Sequence record: MT446390.1
DNA from: Escherichia phage TH12
Reading direction: 5' to 3' (one strand)
DNA length: 64,000 bases
The notes below the pieces were generated by a model. It searched no databases and had not been told where the DNA came from. It worked only from the letters and a program-made list of their open reading frames with translations. How positions within the stretch are numbered: the stretch's first letter is position 1; the number at the start of each line of letters is the position of its first letter. This document shows, piece after piece, positions 36,645-47,484 of the stretch. A program made the translations under genes and the position numbers.

Positions 36645-38329
36645 AATCATTTAAATTAAATCGTGTTCGTTATCAAAACATCATGTCGGTAGGTGGGAAT
36701 CCTATTGATATCCAATTAGATAAAGTCCAAAAGACATTAATCACTGGTAAAAATGGTGGTGGTAAATCTACGATGTTAGAAGCCATTACTTTCGGACTTT
36801 TCGGTAAACCATTTCGTGATGTTAAGAAAGGACAAATCATTAATAGCACTAACAAGAAAGAGCTCTTAGTTGAGCTTTGGATGGAATTCGATGATAAAAA
36901 ATACTTCATTAAACGTGGCCAAAAGCCCAATATTTTCGAAATCTCCGTTGACGGTGTTCGTCTTGATGAATCTGCCAGCAGTCGCGACTTCCAAGAAGAA
37001 TTTGAACGTAGCATCGGAATGTCATACGCGTCTTTTAAACAGATCGTTGTGCTTGGGACGGCAGGGTATACCCCTTTCATGGCTCTTAGCACCCCTGCTC
37101 GCAGAAAACTTGTTGAAGACTTATTAGAAGTTGGAATACTTGCCGAAATGGATAAAATCAATAAGTCTCAAGTTCGAGAACTTAATTCCCAGGGACAAGT
37201 TCTCGATGCCAAGAAAGATGGTGTTATCCAACAAATTAAGATTTATAATGAGAATATCGAACGTCAAAAGAAATTATCTGGTGATAATGTAGCGCGTCTA
37301 CAGAATATGTATGACGACCTAGCCAAAGAAGCTCGTTCATTAAAAGCAGAAATTGAAGAAGCTAACGAGCGTCTACTTAATATCGTTCTTGACGAAGACC
37401 CTACTGAGGCATTCAACAAGATAGGACAAGAAGCATTCTTGATTAAATCTAAAATTGACTCATATAACAAAGTTATTAAGATGTATCATGATGGCGGTAC
37501 ATGTCCTACTTGCGCATCACAGTTGCACCAGGGTGACCCTATTGTCTCTAAGATTACCGATAAGCTTCATGAATGTAATCACTCATTCGAGCAACTTACC
37601 TGTCACAGAGATAACCTGAGTGTCCTAGTGGACGAATATAGAGCTAATGTTAAGACTAAACAGGACCTTGCATCTGATATTCGTACCAAGAAACAAGCAA
37701 TGATTGCCACTATTGATAAAGCTAAGAAAGTTAAAGCTGCAATAGAACAAGCCTCGGCGGAATTTATCGACCATGCCGATGAGATAGCTTTGCTTCAAAA
37801 AGAACTTGATAAAATCATTAAAACAAAATCGGATATCGTTCTTGAAAAATACCATCGTGGTATTATCACAGATATGTTAAAAGATTCTGGTATTAAAGGT
37901 GCTATCATTAAAAAATATGTGCCTCTGTTCAACAAGCAGATTAACCATTATCTTAAAATCATGGAAGCCGATTACGTGTTTTCTATTGATGAAGAATTCA
38001 ATGAATCTATAAAATCACGTGGTCGTGAAGAGTTCAGTTATGCTTCATTTAGTCAAGGTGAAAAGGCACGTATCGATATCGCATTGTTGTTTACATGGCG
38101 AGATATTGCTGAAAAGGTCTCTGGTGTTAGAATCAATACATTAATTATGGACGAAGTCATGGATTCCGCGACTGATTCTGAAGGTATTAAAGCTATTTCA
38201 ACAATTCTTAACTCTCTAACCGATGCAAACGTGTTTATAATTAGTCACAGAGACCATGACCCACAAGCTTATGGACAACATCTTCAAATGAGCAAAGTTG
38301 GACGATTTACTGTAATGACTGTTTCATAA
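36641..38329 (+). CDS. 46: recombination nuclease ATPase subunit gp46 (Rad50/SbcC-like)
   Basis: Walker A GKNGGGKST, zinc hook CPTC, coiled coils. Confidence 0.95.
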   Translation: MKSFKLNRVRYQNIMSVGGNPIDIQLDKVQKTLITGKNGGGKSTMLEAITFGLFGKPFRDVKKGQIINSTNKKELLVELWMEFDDKKYFIKRGQKPNIFEISVDGVRLDESASSRDFQEEFERSIGMSYASFKQIVVLGTAGYTPFMALSTPARRKLVEDLLEVGILAEMDKINKSQVRELNSQGQVLDAKKDGVIQQIKIYNENIERQKKLSGDNVARLQNMYDDLAKEARSLKAEIEEANERLLNIVLDEDPTEAFNKIGQEAFLIKSKIDSYNKVIKMYHDGGTCPTCASQLHQGDPIVSKITDKLHECNHSFEQLTCHRDNLSVLVDEYRANVKTKQDLASDIRTKKQAMIATIDKAKKVKAAIEQASAEFIDHADEIALLQKELDKIIKTKSDIVLEKYHRGIITDMLKDSGIKGAIIKKYVPLFNKQINHYLKIMEADYVFSIDEEFNESIKSRGREEFSYASFSQGEKARIDIALLFTWRDIAEKVSGVRINTLIMDEVMDSATDSEGIKAISTILNSLTDANVFIISHRDHDPQAYGQHLQMSKVGRFTVMTVS

Positions 38330-38383
38330 ACGCTTTAACACGATGTGGTTATAATGACCACATCAAATTAAATGGAGAACAAC

Positions 38384-38572
38384 ATGGAGTATTCAACCGG
38401 ACAACATCTTCTTGTTGTCCCTGAAATTAAAAAATATGTTTTGACCAATACGTTTTCAGGTGAAGAACATATTGTTACTGAACAAATGCTCAAATCTGCT
38501 TTTAAAGATGAGTATAATAAAATAATGTCTAATCGCAATTCCGCATGGACAGTTACTGACTTCTACGAATAA
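38384..38572 (+). CDS. hypothetical protein (62 aa)
   Basis: ATG after GGAGA. Confidence 0.45.
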   Translation: MEYSTGQHLLVVPEIKKYVLTNTFSGEEHIVTEQMLKSAFKDEYNKIMSNRNSAWTVTDFYE

Positions 38573-38584
38573 GAGAGAAATAAT

Positions 38585-39001
38585 ATGTTTACTACTGCTA
38601 AAGGTTTCACTGCTGCTGATCTGAAAGTTACTTCTATCCGTACTGACGCTAACCCGCATAACCATAATCGTGTTCGTAAAGCATGGGTCCTGCATTGTGA
38701 TGACGCAAGTGCTAAAAAGCTTCAATCTTTGCCACAAGAAACTCGTTTTATGATTTATGGTTTTATTGATAACGATGTATCTGATATGTGGATTCATCTG
38801 ATGCGTAAGCACTATAAAGATTCTATTGAAGCTGGTGGAAAAATCGTTCTTGATAAAGATGGTTCTGAGCGTCTGGAAGATTTCTACTGTGTTGATGCCG
38901 ACGAACAATTAATTGCAGCTGGCGAAATTGTTGCTTCTAAAATTCCAGAATATATTGAATCACTACCTGAAGCTATTAAAAAGCAGATGGTCGCTGCATA
39001 A
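38585..39001 (+). CDS. hypothetical protein (138 aa); position of T4 rpbA
   Basis: Position between 46 and 45 only; sequence not recognised. Confidence 0.4.
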   Translation: MFTTAKGFTAADLKVTSIRTDANPHNHNRVRKAWVLHCDDASAKKLQSLPQETRFMIYGFIDNDVSDMWIHLMRKHYKDSIEAGGKIVLDKDGSERLEDFYCVDADEQLIAAGEIVASKIPEYIESLPEAIKKQMVAA

Positions 39002-39043
39002 TAAATTTGTTATAAACTTTGAATTGTCTTGAAAGGAAATAAA

Positions 39044-39730
39044 ATGAAACTGTCTAAAGATACTATCGCTATTCTGAAAAACTTTGCCTCTATTAACTCC
39101 GGTATTCTGCTGAGTCAAGGTAAATTTATTATGACGCGTGCAGTTAATGGCACTACTTATGCGGAAGCAAATATCTCTGATGAAATTGATTTTGACGTAG
39201 CACTTTATGATTTGAATAGCTTCTTAAGCATTTTGAGTCTAGTGTCTGACGATGCTGAAATTTCAATGCACACTGACGGCAATATTAAAATTGCCGATAC
39301 GCGTTCCACAGTTTATTGGCCTGCTGCCGACAAGAGCACCATTGTTTTTCCTAATAAGCCAATTCAATTCCCAGTGGCTTCTGTGATTACTGAAATTAAA
39401 GCTGAAGACCTTCAACAATTGCTTCGAGTTTCACGTGGTCTTCAGATTGATACAATTGCTATTACAAATAAAGATGGTAAAATTGTTATCAATGGTTACA
39501 ATAAAGTTGAAGATTCTGGCTTGACTCGTCCTAAGTATTCTTTGACTCTTACCGATTATGATGGTTCTAACAACTTTAACTTCGTAATCAACATGGCTAA
39601 TATGAAAATCCAGCCAGGTAACTATAAAGTAATGTTGTGGGGAGCTGGTGATAAAGTTGCAGCCAAGTTTGAAAGCTCTCAAGTAAGTTATGTTATTGCA
39701 ATGGAAGCCGATTCTACTCACGACTTCTAA
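39044..39730 (+). CDS. 45: sliding clamp gp45
   Basis: MKLSKDTIAILKNFASINSG ... ALEADSTHDF, near-identical to T4 gp45 (228 aa). Confidence 0.95.
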   Translation: MKLSKDTIAILKNFASINSGILLSQGKFIMTRAVNGTTYAEANISDEIDFDVALYDLNSFLSILSLVSDDAEISMHTDGNIKIADTRSTVYWPAADKSTIVFPNKPIQFPVASVITEIKAEDLQQLLRVSRGLQIDTIAITNKDGKIVINGYNKVEDSGLTRPKYSLTLTDYDGSNNFNFVINMANMKIQPGNYKVMLWGAGDKVAAKFESSQVSYVIAMEADSTHDF

Positions 39731-39805
39731 GTCAAAGCTTTACGTTTAATGTAGTACGATTATGGAGGAGAAATCCTCCAGATTAATGATAATGAGGAAA
39801 ATTAC

Positions 39806-40768
39806 ATGATTACTATCAATTCCAAAGAACACATTCTAGAACAGAAATATCGTCCTTCTTCCATTGACGAATGTATTCTGCCTGCGTATGACCATGAAAT
39901 ATTCAAGTCTTTAGTATCTAAAGGAAAACTTCCTCATATTATTTTGCACTCTCCTTCTCCTGGTACAGGTAAAACAACCGTAGCAAAAGCATTATGTAAT
40001 GATATCAATGCCGAAATGATGTTCGTCAACGGTTCTGATTGTAAGATTGATTTTGTGCGTGGTCCGTTAACTGCATTCGCTCGTTCAGTCTCAATGGAAG
40101 GCAAGCCTAAAGTTATTGTTATTGACGAATTTGACCGTAGTGGCCTTGCCGAATCACAACGTCACCTTCGTACGTTTATGGAAGAATTCTCTAGTAACTG
40201 CTCTATTATTATCACTGCTAACAATATTGATGGAATTATTGAACCATTACGTAGTCGTTGTCGAGTTATCGAATTCGGTCGTCCGACTGAAGAAGATAAA
40301 ATCTCGATGATGAAGAAAATGATTCATCGTATGGTTGAAATCTGTAAGAACGAAAATATCGAAATCGCTGATATGAAAGTTGTTGCAGCTCTGGTTAAAA
40401 AGAACTTCCCAGACTTTCGTCGTACAATTGGCCAATTAGACCAGTACTCGTCTAAAGGTGTTCTTGATGCAGGTATTCTGTCTATCGTAACTAATGACCG
40501 TGGCACAGTCTCCGATGTTATCGAAGCAATGAAGAACAAAGATATCAAACAACTTCGTGCATTAGCTCCAAAATATGCTGCAGATTATTCATGGTTCATC
40601 GATAAATTAGTTTCAGAATGTTATGATCAAGTTGCACCTGGTAAAAGTATTATTTCGCTTTACGAAATTGCAGGCGAAAATAATAAGTTTCATGGACTAG
40701 CAAGTAATATTGAATTACATGTTATGTATATGCTTCTTCAACTGACCTGCGAACTGACTTGGAAATAA
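39806..40768 (+). CDS. 44: clamp loader large subunit gp44
   Basis: AAA+ motifs [15 protein letters not shown]. Confidence 0.95.
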   Translation: MITINSKEHILEQKYRPSSIDECILPAYDHEIFKSLVSKGKLPHIILHSPSPGTGKTTVAKALCNDINAEMMFVNGSDCKIDFVRGPLTAFARSVSMEGKPKVIVIDEFDRSGLAESQRHLRTFMEEFSSNCSIIITANNIDGIIEPLRSRCRVIEFGRPTEEDKISMMKKMIHRMVEICKNENIEIADMKVVAALVKKNFPDFRRTIGQLDQYSSKGVLDAGILSIVTNDRGTVSDVIEAMKNKDIKQLRALAPKYAADYSWFIDKLVSECYDQVAPGKSIISLYEIAGENNKFHGLASNIELHVMYMLLQLTCELTWK

Positions 40769-40769
40769 T

Positions 40770-41333
40770 ATGAACTTATTCGATGATGACGTCCAGCTTA
40801 ACGAGCACCAAATTGCATGGAAGTCTAATGACGCTGATGCGATTCAAAAATGTGCTGATATGTTTAAAGAAAAACCTGAGAATGAATTCTTTAAAATCAT
40901 TAATGCTATTAATGAAAAGAAATCTATGTCAATTGCTCAGGTCGACTACTCAAAATTTATGGTTGAGAACTCATTATCACAGTTTCCAGAATGTATGCCA
41001 GCCGTTTACATGATGAACTTAGTCGGTTCTGAATTAAGTGATGAAGCGCACTTCAACTATATGATGGCGGCAATTCCACGTGGTCGTCGATTCTCTAAAT
41101 GGGCTAAACTAGTCGAAGACACTTCAGAGTTACTAGTTATCAAACTGTTGATGAAACATTACACAATCAACATGAATGATGCTACCGAGTATAAGCGGCT
41201 CCTTGAAAAAAATAACAAGTTGCCAATAGTCCTTAAAGAACTGAAGGCCATGGTCACTGATGAATTTCTCAAAGAAGTTACTAAAAACGTAAAAGAACAA
41301 AAACAATTTAAAAAATTAGCATTGGAATGGTAA
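40770..41333 (+). CDS. 62: clamp loader small subunit gp62
   Basis: Position and size (187 aa) downstream of gene 44. Confidence 0.85.
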   Translation: MNLFDDDVQLNEHQIAWKSNDADAIQKCADMFKEKPENEFFKIINAINEKKSMSIAQVDYSKFMVENSLSQFPECMPAVYMMNLVGSELSDEAHFNYMMAAIPRGRRFSKWAKLVEDTSELLVIKLLMKHYTINMNDATEYKRLLEKNNKLPIVLKELKAMVTDEFLKEVTKNVKEQKQFKKLALEW

Positions 41334-41335
41334 AA

Positions 41336-41704
41336 ATGATTGAAATTAAATTGAAGAACCCTGAAGATTTTCTGAAAGTCAAAGAGACTCTAACCCGTAT
41401 GGGCATCGCTAATAACAAAGATAAAGTCCTTTATCAGTCCTGTCATATCCTCCAAAAGCAAGGTAAATATTACATCGTCCACTTTAAAGAAATGCTGCGT
41501 ATGGACGGACGTCAGGTTGATATTGATGGTGAAGACTATCAGCGACGTGATTCGATTGCTCAGCTGCTTGAAGACTGGGGATTGATTGTTATTGAAGACT
41601 CTGCTCGTGAAGATCTGTTTGGCCTGACTAATAACTTCCGTGTTATCTCTTTTAAACAGAAAGATGACTGGACTTTGAAAGCAAAATACACAATTGGTAA
41701 TTAA
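41336..41704 (+). CDS. regA: translational repressor RegA
   Basis: MIEIKLKNPEDFLKVKETLTRMGIANNKDK ... matches T4 RegA (122 aa). Confidence 0.95.
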   Translation: MIEIKLKNPEDFLKVKETLTRMGIANNKDKVLYQSCHILQKQGKYYIVHFKEMLRMDGRQVDIDGEDYQRRDSIAQLLEDWGLIVIEDSAREDLFGLTNNFRVISFKQKDDWTLKAKYTIGN

Positions 41705-41709
41705 AGCAA

Positions 41710-41728
41710 TGGGACTTCGGTCCCATTT
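41710..41728 (+). terminator. UUCG-tetraloop hairpin
   Basis: TGGGAC-TTCG-GTCCCA + TTT. Confidence 0.5.
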
Positions 41729-41785
41729 GGAGTATAATAAGTTCATCAACAAACAAAAGACAATAACTCGTCTAAAGGAAATTAA

Positions 41786-44497
41786 ATGAAAGAATTTTAC
41801 TTAACGGTTGAACAGATTGGTGATTCAATTTTTGAACGTTACATCGATTCTAATGGCCGTGAACGTACTCGTGAAGTAGAATATAAACCATCGTTGTTTG
41901 CACATTGTCCAGAAAGTCAGGCTACTAAATATTTCGATATCTACGGTAAACCTTGTACTCGTAAGTTGTTCGCTAATATGCGTGATGCCTCCCAATGGAT
42001 TAAACGCATGGAAGATATCGGACTTGAAGCACTTGGCATGGACGATTTCAAATTGGCGTATTTGTCTGACACTTATAACTATGAAATCAAATACGACCAT
42101 ACAAAAATTCGTGTGGCTAACTTCGACATCGAAGTAACATCTCCGGATGGGTTCCCTGAGCCGTCACAAGCAAAACATCCGATTGATGCTATCACCCATT
42201 ATGACTCAATTGACGACAGGTTCTACGTATTTGATCTATTGAATTCTCCGTATGGTAATGTAGAAGAATGGTCTATCGAAATTGCGGCTAAGCTTCAAGA
42301 ACAAGGCGGTGATGAAGTTCCATCTGAAATTATCGATAAAATCATTTATATGCCATTCGATAACGAAAAAGAATTGTTGATGGAATATCTCAACTTCTGG
42401 CAACAGAAAACTCCTGTCATTTTGACTGGATGGAACGTTGAGTCATTTGATATTCCATATGTGTATAACCGAATCAAGAATATTTTTGGCGAATCTACTG
42501 CGAAACGTTTATCACCACATCGTAAAACTCGTGTTAAAGTTATCGAAAACATGTATGGTTCTCGTGAAATCATTACATTGTTCGGTATCTCTGTTCTTGA
42601 TTACATTGACCTTTACAAAAAATTCTCTTTTACCAATCAACCGTCGTATTCTCTGGATTACATTTCAGAATTTGAATTGAACGTTGGTAAACTGAAATAT
42701 GACGGCCCTATTTCTAAGCTTCGTGAAAGCAATCACCAACGATATATAAGCTATAACATCATCGACGTGTATCGTGTATTGCAAATTGATGCTAAGCGCC
42801 AGTTCATCAACTTGAGTTTGGACATGGGTTATTATGCTAAGATACAGATTCAATCTGTGTTTAGCCCAATTAAAACATGGGATGCTATTATTTTTAATAG
42901 CCTTAAAGAGCAGAACAAGGTGATTCCACAAGGTCGTTCTCACCCGGTTCAACCTTATCCTGGCGCTTTTGTTAAGGAACCTATTCCAAATCGATACAAA
43001 TATGTAATGAGTTTCGACCTTACATCTCTGTATCCAAGTATTATTCGCCAAGTGAATATTAGCCCAGAAACAATAGCAGGAACGTTTAAAGTAGCTCCAT
43101 TGCATGATTATATTAACGCAATCGCTGAACGTCCTTCAGATGTGTACAGTTGCTCCCCTAACGGCATGATGTATTATAAAGACCGTGATGGTGTAGTTCC
43201 AACTGAAATCACTAAGGTCTTTAATCAACGTAAAGAACATAAAGGTTACATGCTTGCAGCTCAACGTAATGGTGAAATAATTAAAGAGGCATTGCATAAT
43301 CCTAATCTTTCTGTTGACGAACCATTAGATGTTGATTATCGTTTCGACTTCACTGATGAGATTAAAGAAAAGATTAAAAAGTTGTCTGCTAAATCTCTTA
43401 ATGAAATGTTGTTTAGAGCTCAACGTACTGAAGTTGCAGGTATGACTGCACAGATTAACCGTAAATTGCTCATCAACTCACTTTATGGTGCACTTGGCAA
43501 CGTTTGGTTCCGTTATTATGATTTGCGTAATGCTACTGCAATCACAACATTTGGTCAAATGGCTTTACAATGGATTGAACGTAAAGTTAATGAATATCTG
43601 AACGAAGTTTGTGGTACAGAAGGTGAAGCTTTCGTTCTTTATGGTGATACAGACTCTATTTACGTATCTGCAGATAAAATTATTGATAAGGTTGGTGAAT
43701 CTAAATTCCGTGATACCAACCATTGGGTAGACTTCTTAGATAAGTTCGCACGTGAACGTATGGAACCAGCTATTGATAAAGGTTTCCGTGAAATGTGTGA
43801 ATACATGAACAATAAACAACACTTAATGTTCATGGACCGAGAAGCTATCGCTGGTCCTCCGCTTGGTTCTAAAGGTATTGGCGGATTCTGGACTGGTAAG
43901 AAACGTTATGCATTAAACGTGTGGGATATGGAAGGAACCAGATACGCTGAGCCTAAACTCAAAATCATGGGTCTCGAAACACAGAAATCTTCGACCCCTA
44001 AAGCAGTACAGAAAGCTCTTAAAGAATGTATTCGCCGTATGCTTCAAGAAGGTGAAGAATCATTACAAGAATATTTTAAAGAGTTTGAAAAAGAATTCCG
44101 TCAATTGAATTATATTAGCATCGCGTCGGTATCTTCTGCGAATAACATTGCTAAATATGACGTTGGTGGATTCCCTGGTCCTAAATGTCCGTTCCATATT
44201 CGTGGAATTCTGACATATAACCGAGCTATCAAAGGTAATATTGATGCTCCACAAGTTGTAGAAGGCGAAAAGGTATACGTTCTGCCTTTACGTGATGGAA
44301 ACCCGTTCGGTGATAAATGTATCGCATGGCCTTCTGGTACTGAAATCACAGATTTAATTAAAGACGACGTACTTCATTGGATGGACTACACTGTTCTCCT
44401 TGAGAAGACATTTATTAAACCACTTGAAGGATTCACATCAGCAGCGAAACTCGATTACGAGAAGAAAGCATCTCTGTTCGATATGTTCGATTTTTGA
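41786..44497 (+). CDS. 43: DNA polymerase gp43 (family B), RB69-type
   Basis: 903 aa; exo motif FDIEV, pol motifs SLYPS and YGDTDS; matches recalled RB69 gp43. Confidence 0.98.
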   Translation: MKEFYLTVEQIGDSIFERYIDSNGRERTREVEYKPSLFAHCPESQATKYFDIYGKPCTRKLFANMRDASQWIKRMEDIGLEALGMDDFKLAYLSDTYNYEIKYDHTKIRVANFDIEVTSPDGFPEPSQAKHPIDAITHYDSIDDRFYVFDLLNSPYGNVEEWSIEIAAKLQEQGGDEVPSEIIDKIIYMPFDNEKELLMEYLNFWQQKTPVILTGWNVESFDIPYVYNRIKNIFGESTAKRLSPHRKTRVKVIENMYGSREIITLFGISVLDYIDLYKKFSFTNQPSYSLDYISEFELNVGKLKYDGPISKLRESNHQRYISYNIIDVYRVLQIDAKRQFINLSLDMGYYAKIQIQSVFSPIKTWDAIIFNSLKEQNKVIPQGRSHPVQPYPGAFVKEPIPNRYKYVMSFDLTSLYPSIIRQVNISPETIAGTFKVAPLHDYINAIAERPSDVYSCSPNGMMYYKDRDGVVPTEITKVFNQRKEHKGYMLAAQRNGEIIKEALHNPNLSVDEPLDVDYRFDFTDEIKEKIKKLSAKSLNEMLFRAQRTEVAGMTAQINRKLLINSLYGALGNVWFRYYDLRNATAITTFGQMALQWIERKVNEYLNEVCGTEGEAFVLYGDTDSIYVSADKIIDKVGESKFRDTNHWVDFLDKFARERMEPAIDKGFREMCEYMNNKQHLMFMDREAIAGPPLGSKGIGGFWTGKKRYALNVWDMEGTRYAEPKLKIMGLETQKSSTPKAVQKALKECIRRMLQEGEESLQEYFKEFEKEFRQLNYISIASVSSANNIAKYDVGGFPGPKCPFHIRGILTYNRAIKGNIDAPQVVEGEKVYVLPLRDGNPFGDKCIAWPSGTEITDLIKDDVLHWMDYTVLLEKTFIKPLEGFTSAAKLDYEKKASLFDMFDF

Positions 44498-44537
44498 TAT
44501 AATGCCATGGACGGTAAACTAATTAAATGAGAGAAAT

Positions 44538-45173
44538 ATGAAAACTACACCAATCACTATCGCTATTGACGCAATCGTAAAACAAGCTTCATCTCTTGCC
44601 ACTATGGCTAAAGTAATTAGTCAAAACTCTGCCCGATATAATGCTATTCTTGAAACTCTTCGTCGCCCTGGACTGAGTAATTATGAAAGCCGAGTAATTA
44701 TTACAGGTGTTGGTAAGAACGCTAATATCGCAACTAAAGCTTCCGAGACTTTTGCTTCACTAGGTATTCCTAGCATGTATTTGAACACCGGGCATTATTC
44801 TCATGGCGACGCAGGGTTTATTGCACCTAATGATGTATTAGTTCACATCAGTCGTTCTGGTAAGACTGAAGAAATGATAGGTGTTGCTAAACATCTTCGT
44901 ATGATTCGTCCTCAGGTTAAACAGATTCTGTTACATTGTAACCCTGACATTCCGCAAGAATACGAAGCTCTTTTTGATTATACGTTCTGTACAGGCATCG
45001 CGGTAGAGGTTGATGAGAATTCTCTGGCTCCGACCATGTCCACTACATTGTTGTTAGCGCTTATCGATACGTTTGCTATCAACCTTTCGTCTGAACGTGG
45101 ATTTACCTCTAATGACTTCCTTAAGTTCCACCCTGGTGGTGCACTAGGTGCCATGTTACGAGGCGAACAATGA
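44538..45173 (+). CDS. SIS-domain sugar-phosphate isomerase (arabinose-5-phosphate isomerase-like)
   Basis: SIS motifs ITGVGKN and SRSGKTEE. Confidence 0.7.
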   Translation: MKTTPITIAIDAIVKQASSLATMAKVISQNSARYNAILETLRRPGLSNYESRVIITGVGKNANIATKASETFASLGIPSMYLNTGHYSHGDAGFIAPNDVLVHISRSGKTEEMIGVAKHLRMIRPQVKQILLHCNPDIPQEYEALFDYTFCTGIAVEVDENSLAPTMSTTLLLALIDTFAINLSSERGFTSNDFLKFHPGGALGAMLRGEQ

Positions 45174-45313
45174 AAGCAATAACAATAGGACTTTTACTAT
45201 TGATGCTTGTCATGACTATCTACTGGAGCTTAACGGCTCCAGTAATGATTCCGACTCTTATAATCGGATGGATTATGATTGGACTACAAACAAAGTATGA
45301 ATGCTTTAACTAG
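45170..45313 (+). CDS. small membrane protein (47 aa), absent from track
   Basis: ATGA-coupled to isomerase gene; hydrophobic throughout. Confidence 0.35.
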   Translation: MKAITIGLLLLMLVMTIYWSLTAPVMIPTLIIGWIMIGLQTKYECFN

Positions 45314-45326
45314 AATAGTGTACAAT
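45299..45326 (+). promoter_or_regulatory. candidate MotA-dependent middle promoter
   Basis: gaaTGCTTTA, 12 nt, TACAAT, about 30 nt upstream of ATG 45355. Confidence 0.35.
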
Positions 45327-45354
45327 ACACCTACTTACCAATGAGGACCACAAC

Positions 45355-47040
45355 ATGAAAAAAGCTGTTATTCTTGGTGCTGGACTGGCAACTCGTTTGT
45401 ATCCAATAACGCACCATATTCCTAAGGTGCTTGTTAACTATAAACAAGACACTATTCTGAGCAATTTGTATACAATTTATTCTGACCTTGGTGCAGATGA
45501 AATTATTGTAGTAGTTCATTCAAAATTTGTTGAAACTGTTCGAGCTTATTGTGAGCAAGAAGGGTTCAATGTGACTATTCGTACAGTTGATGAAGCGTAT
45601 GGTTCTGCTTATGCTCTTGCTAAATTATACAAAGATTTAGATGGCCATAATGTAATTGTTAACTGGTGTGATATTATTCCTGATTTTGGTTCATGGTCTT
45701 GGAATGTTAACGCAATCTATGTTAAGGGTGACGAATGTCGATATAATTTCGACGGTGAAAATATCACTAGCGTAGGTTCAACAGGTGGTAATGTTGTAGG
45801 AATTTATCAGTTCAAAGACTGGGAATTCTATATGGGTTCTACTGATGAGGAAATTCATGAATACTGCAAAGGACGTGATTTCGTAGAATTCCTTTACGGC
45901 AGCGCATTCAATAAATCAGAGCTTATGAATCTAATTGATTTAGGTGATATGCCTAAACTTGAAAAAGCTCATGAAGTTCGTGAACTTAATCGTAGTTTTA
46001 ATGCAGTTGAAATTGGTGAAGAAACTGTAACTAAATTCGCATTAACCGAACAGGGCCGAGCTCTTCAGAAAGATGAGATTTCATGGTATCTTAAAGTGAA
46101 ATCAGATTCAGTTCCTCAGTTAGTTTCTGTTAATGAAAATAACTTTGAAATGGAACGCATTAAAGGTAAGCCGGCATTTGAATATATTAAATCCAAATCG
46201 AGTCTTGCTCGTCCACAAATTGTTGATGCAATTTTAGATGCACTGAAATTCAGCACAGACACTTATTTTGTAAGTCCTGAAACTGTTCGTCGTGATTTCA
46301 CTAAAGAATTCTATACGAAAGTTATTGATCGTTGTGAAAGCATTCAACCATTGATTGATTCATTTGGTAAAATCACACATGTGAACTACACTAAGATTGG
46401 ACGTCTGAAGCCAATGCTGAAACAAGCTTTAGAACACCTTATTCGTTATCATAACCGTTCTCAGGGACAGTACTCTGTTATTCATGGTGACCCGAACTTC
46501 AGTAATACTATGATTACTGATAACGGCGAAGTCAAGTTTATCGACCCTCGTGGATATTTTGGCGAAACCAAGATTTACGGGCCAAAATTGTACGATGAAG
46601 CTAAAGTGCTTTATGCTGTTTCAGGTTATGATGAATTCAATGCTAATCCGACCTGGGGACAGTTTACTATTGATGAAACAACTTGTAATGTGACTATTAA
46701 CATCAATCCATTAATTTACAAATATGGAAAGATGAGTTCGTTTAACGAGTATCATCATTTGGCGGTGGCAATTATCTGGATTGCATTAGGTGGTTATTTC
46801 AAGAATAATCCACTTAAAGCGGTAGCCGCATATTATAAAGGTATGGAACTTCTGACTAAGCAATTACGCAACATGGGCCGTGTACTTCAAGACGGCTCTA
46901 TTAGTTATGACGTAGCAGAACCTGTAACGGCTACTCTGATTACAAAAAATCCTGGTAAATGGGTACTAACTGATAAAGAAACTGGTGTTTCCTATCGTCC
47001 AATCGGTGGCGATATCACTCATCAATGGGAACGAATCTAA
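45355..47040 (+). CDS. bifunctional sugar-1-phosphate nucleotidyltransferase / anomeric sugar kinase fusion (MurU-AmgK-like)
   Basis: N-terminus GAGLATRLYP; C-terminus HGDPNFSNTMI ... FIDPRGYFG. Confidence 0.65.
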   Translation: MKKAVILGAGLATRLYPITHHIPKVLVNYKQDTILSNLYTIYSDLGADEIIVVVHSKFVETVRAYCEQEGFNVTIRTVDEAYGSAYALAKLYKDLDGHNVIVNWCDIIPDFGSWSWNVNAIYVKGDECRYNFDGENITSVGSTGGNVVGIYQFKDWEFYMGSTDEEIHEYCKGRDFVEFLYGSAFNKSELMNLIDLGDMPKLEKAHEVRELNRSFNAVEIGEETVTKFALTEQGRALQKDEISWYLKVKSDSVPQLVSVNENNFEMERIKGKPAFEYIKSKSSLARPQIVDAILDALKFSTDTYFVSPETVRRDFTKEFYTKVIDRCESIQPLIDSFGKITHVNYTKIGRLKPMLKQALEHLIRYHNRSQGQYSVIHGDPNFSNTMITDNGEVKFIDPRGYFGETKIYGPKLYDEAKVLYAVSGYDEFNANPTWGQFTIDETTCNVTININPLIYKYGKMSSFNEYHHLAVAIIWIALGGYFKNNPLKAVAAYYKGMELLTKQLRNMGRVLQDGSISYDVAEPVTATLITKNPGKWVLTDKETGVSYRPIGGDITHQWERI

Positions 47041-47426
47041 TGCACCGTGTAGAAAACATGCTTAATCTTTGTTTTGATGTCGATGATTGTATAACAGAGT
47101 GGAATAACAATCGTGATTACGTGAACTTCAAACCAGACGTCGAAATGGTGTCTGCCATTAATGCCCTGTATGATGCAGGGCATACCATAACGCTTTACAC
47201 TGCTCGTGGTATGAAGTCAGTAGGTCCTGGTCGTATAGCAATTGACATTCTCCCAAGTCTGATTCAGAACTTGGCAAACATTGGCTTGAAGTACCATAAT
47301 TTGCTAACACATAAACCAGTATATGATTGGATTATCGACGACAAAGCTATGCGTCCTGACGAATTCAAAGCTCTTATGAATAAAGGCGAATTCGAAACAT
47401 TTAAATCGTATAAACCGAATCTATAA
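47040..47426 (+). CDS. HAD-superfamily phosphatase-like protein
   Basis: HAD motif I FDVDDCIT near N-terminus; start may be 47025 or 47058. Confidence 0.55.
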   Translation: MHRVENMLNLCFDVDDCITEWNNNRDYVNFKPDVEMVSAINALYDAGHTITLYTARGMKSVGPGRIAIDILPSLIQNLANIGLKYHNLLTHKPVYDWIIDDKAMRPDEFKALMNKGEFETFKSYKPNL

Positions 47427-47484
47427 TAATTTAAGTAAGACCTGCAAAAAAACCATCGCATCAATTAACGCGAGATGCAAAAAA

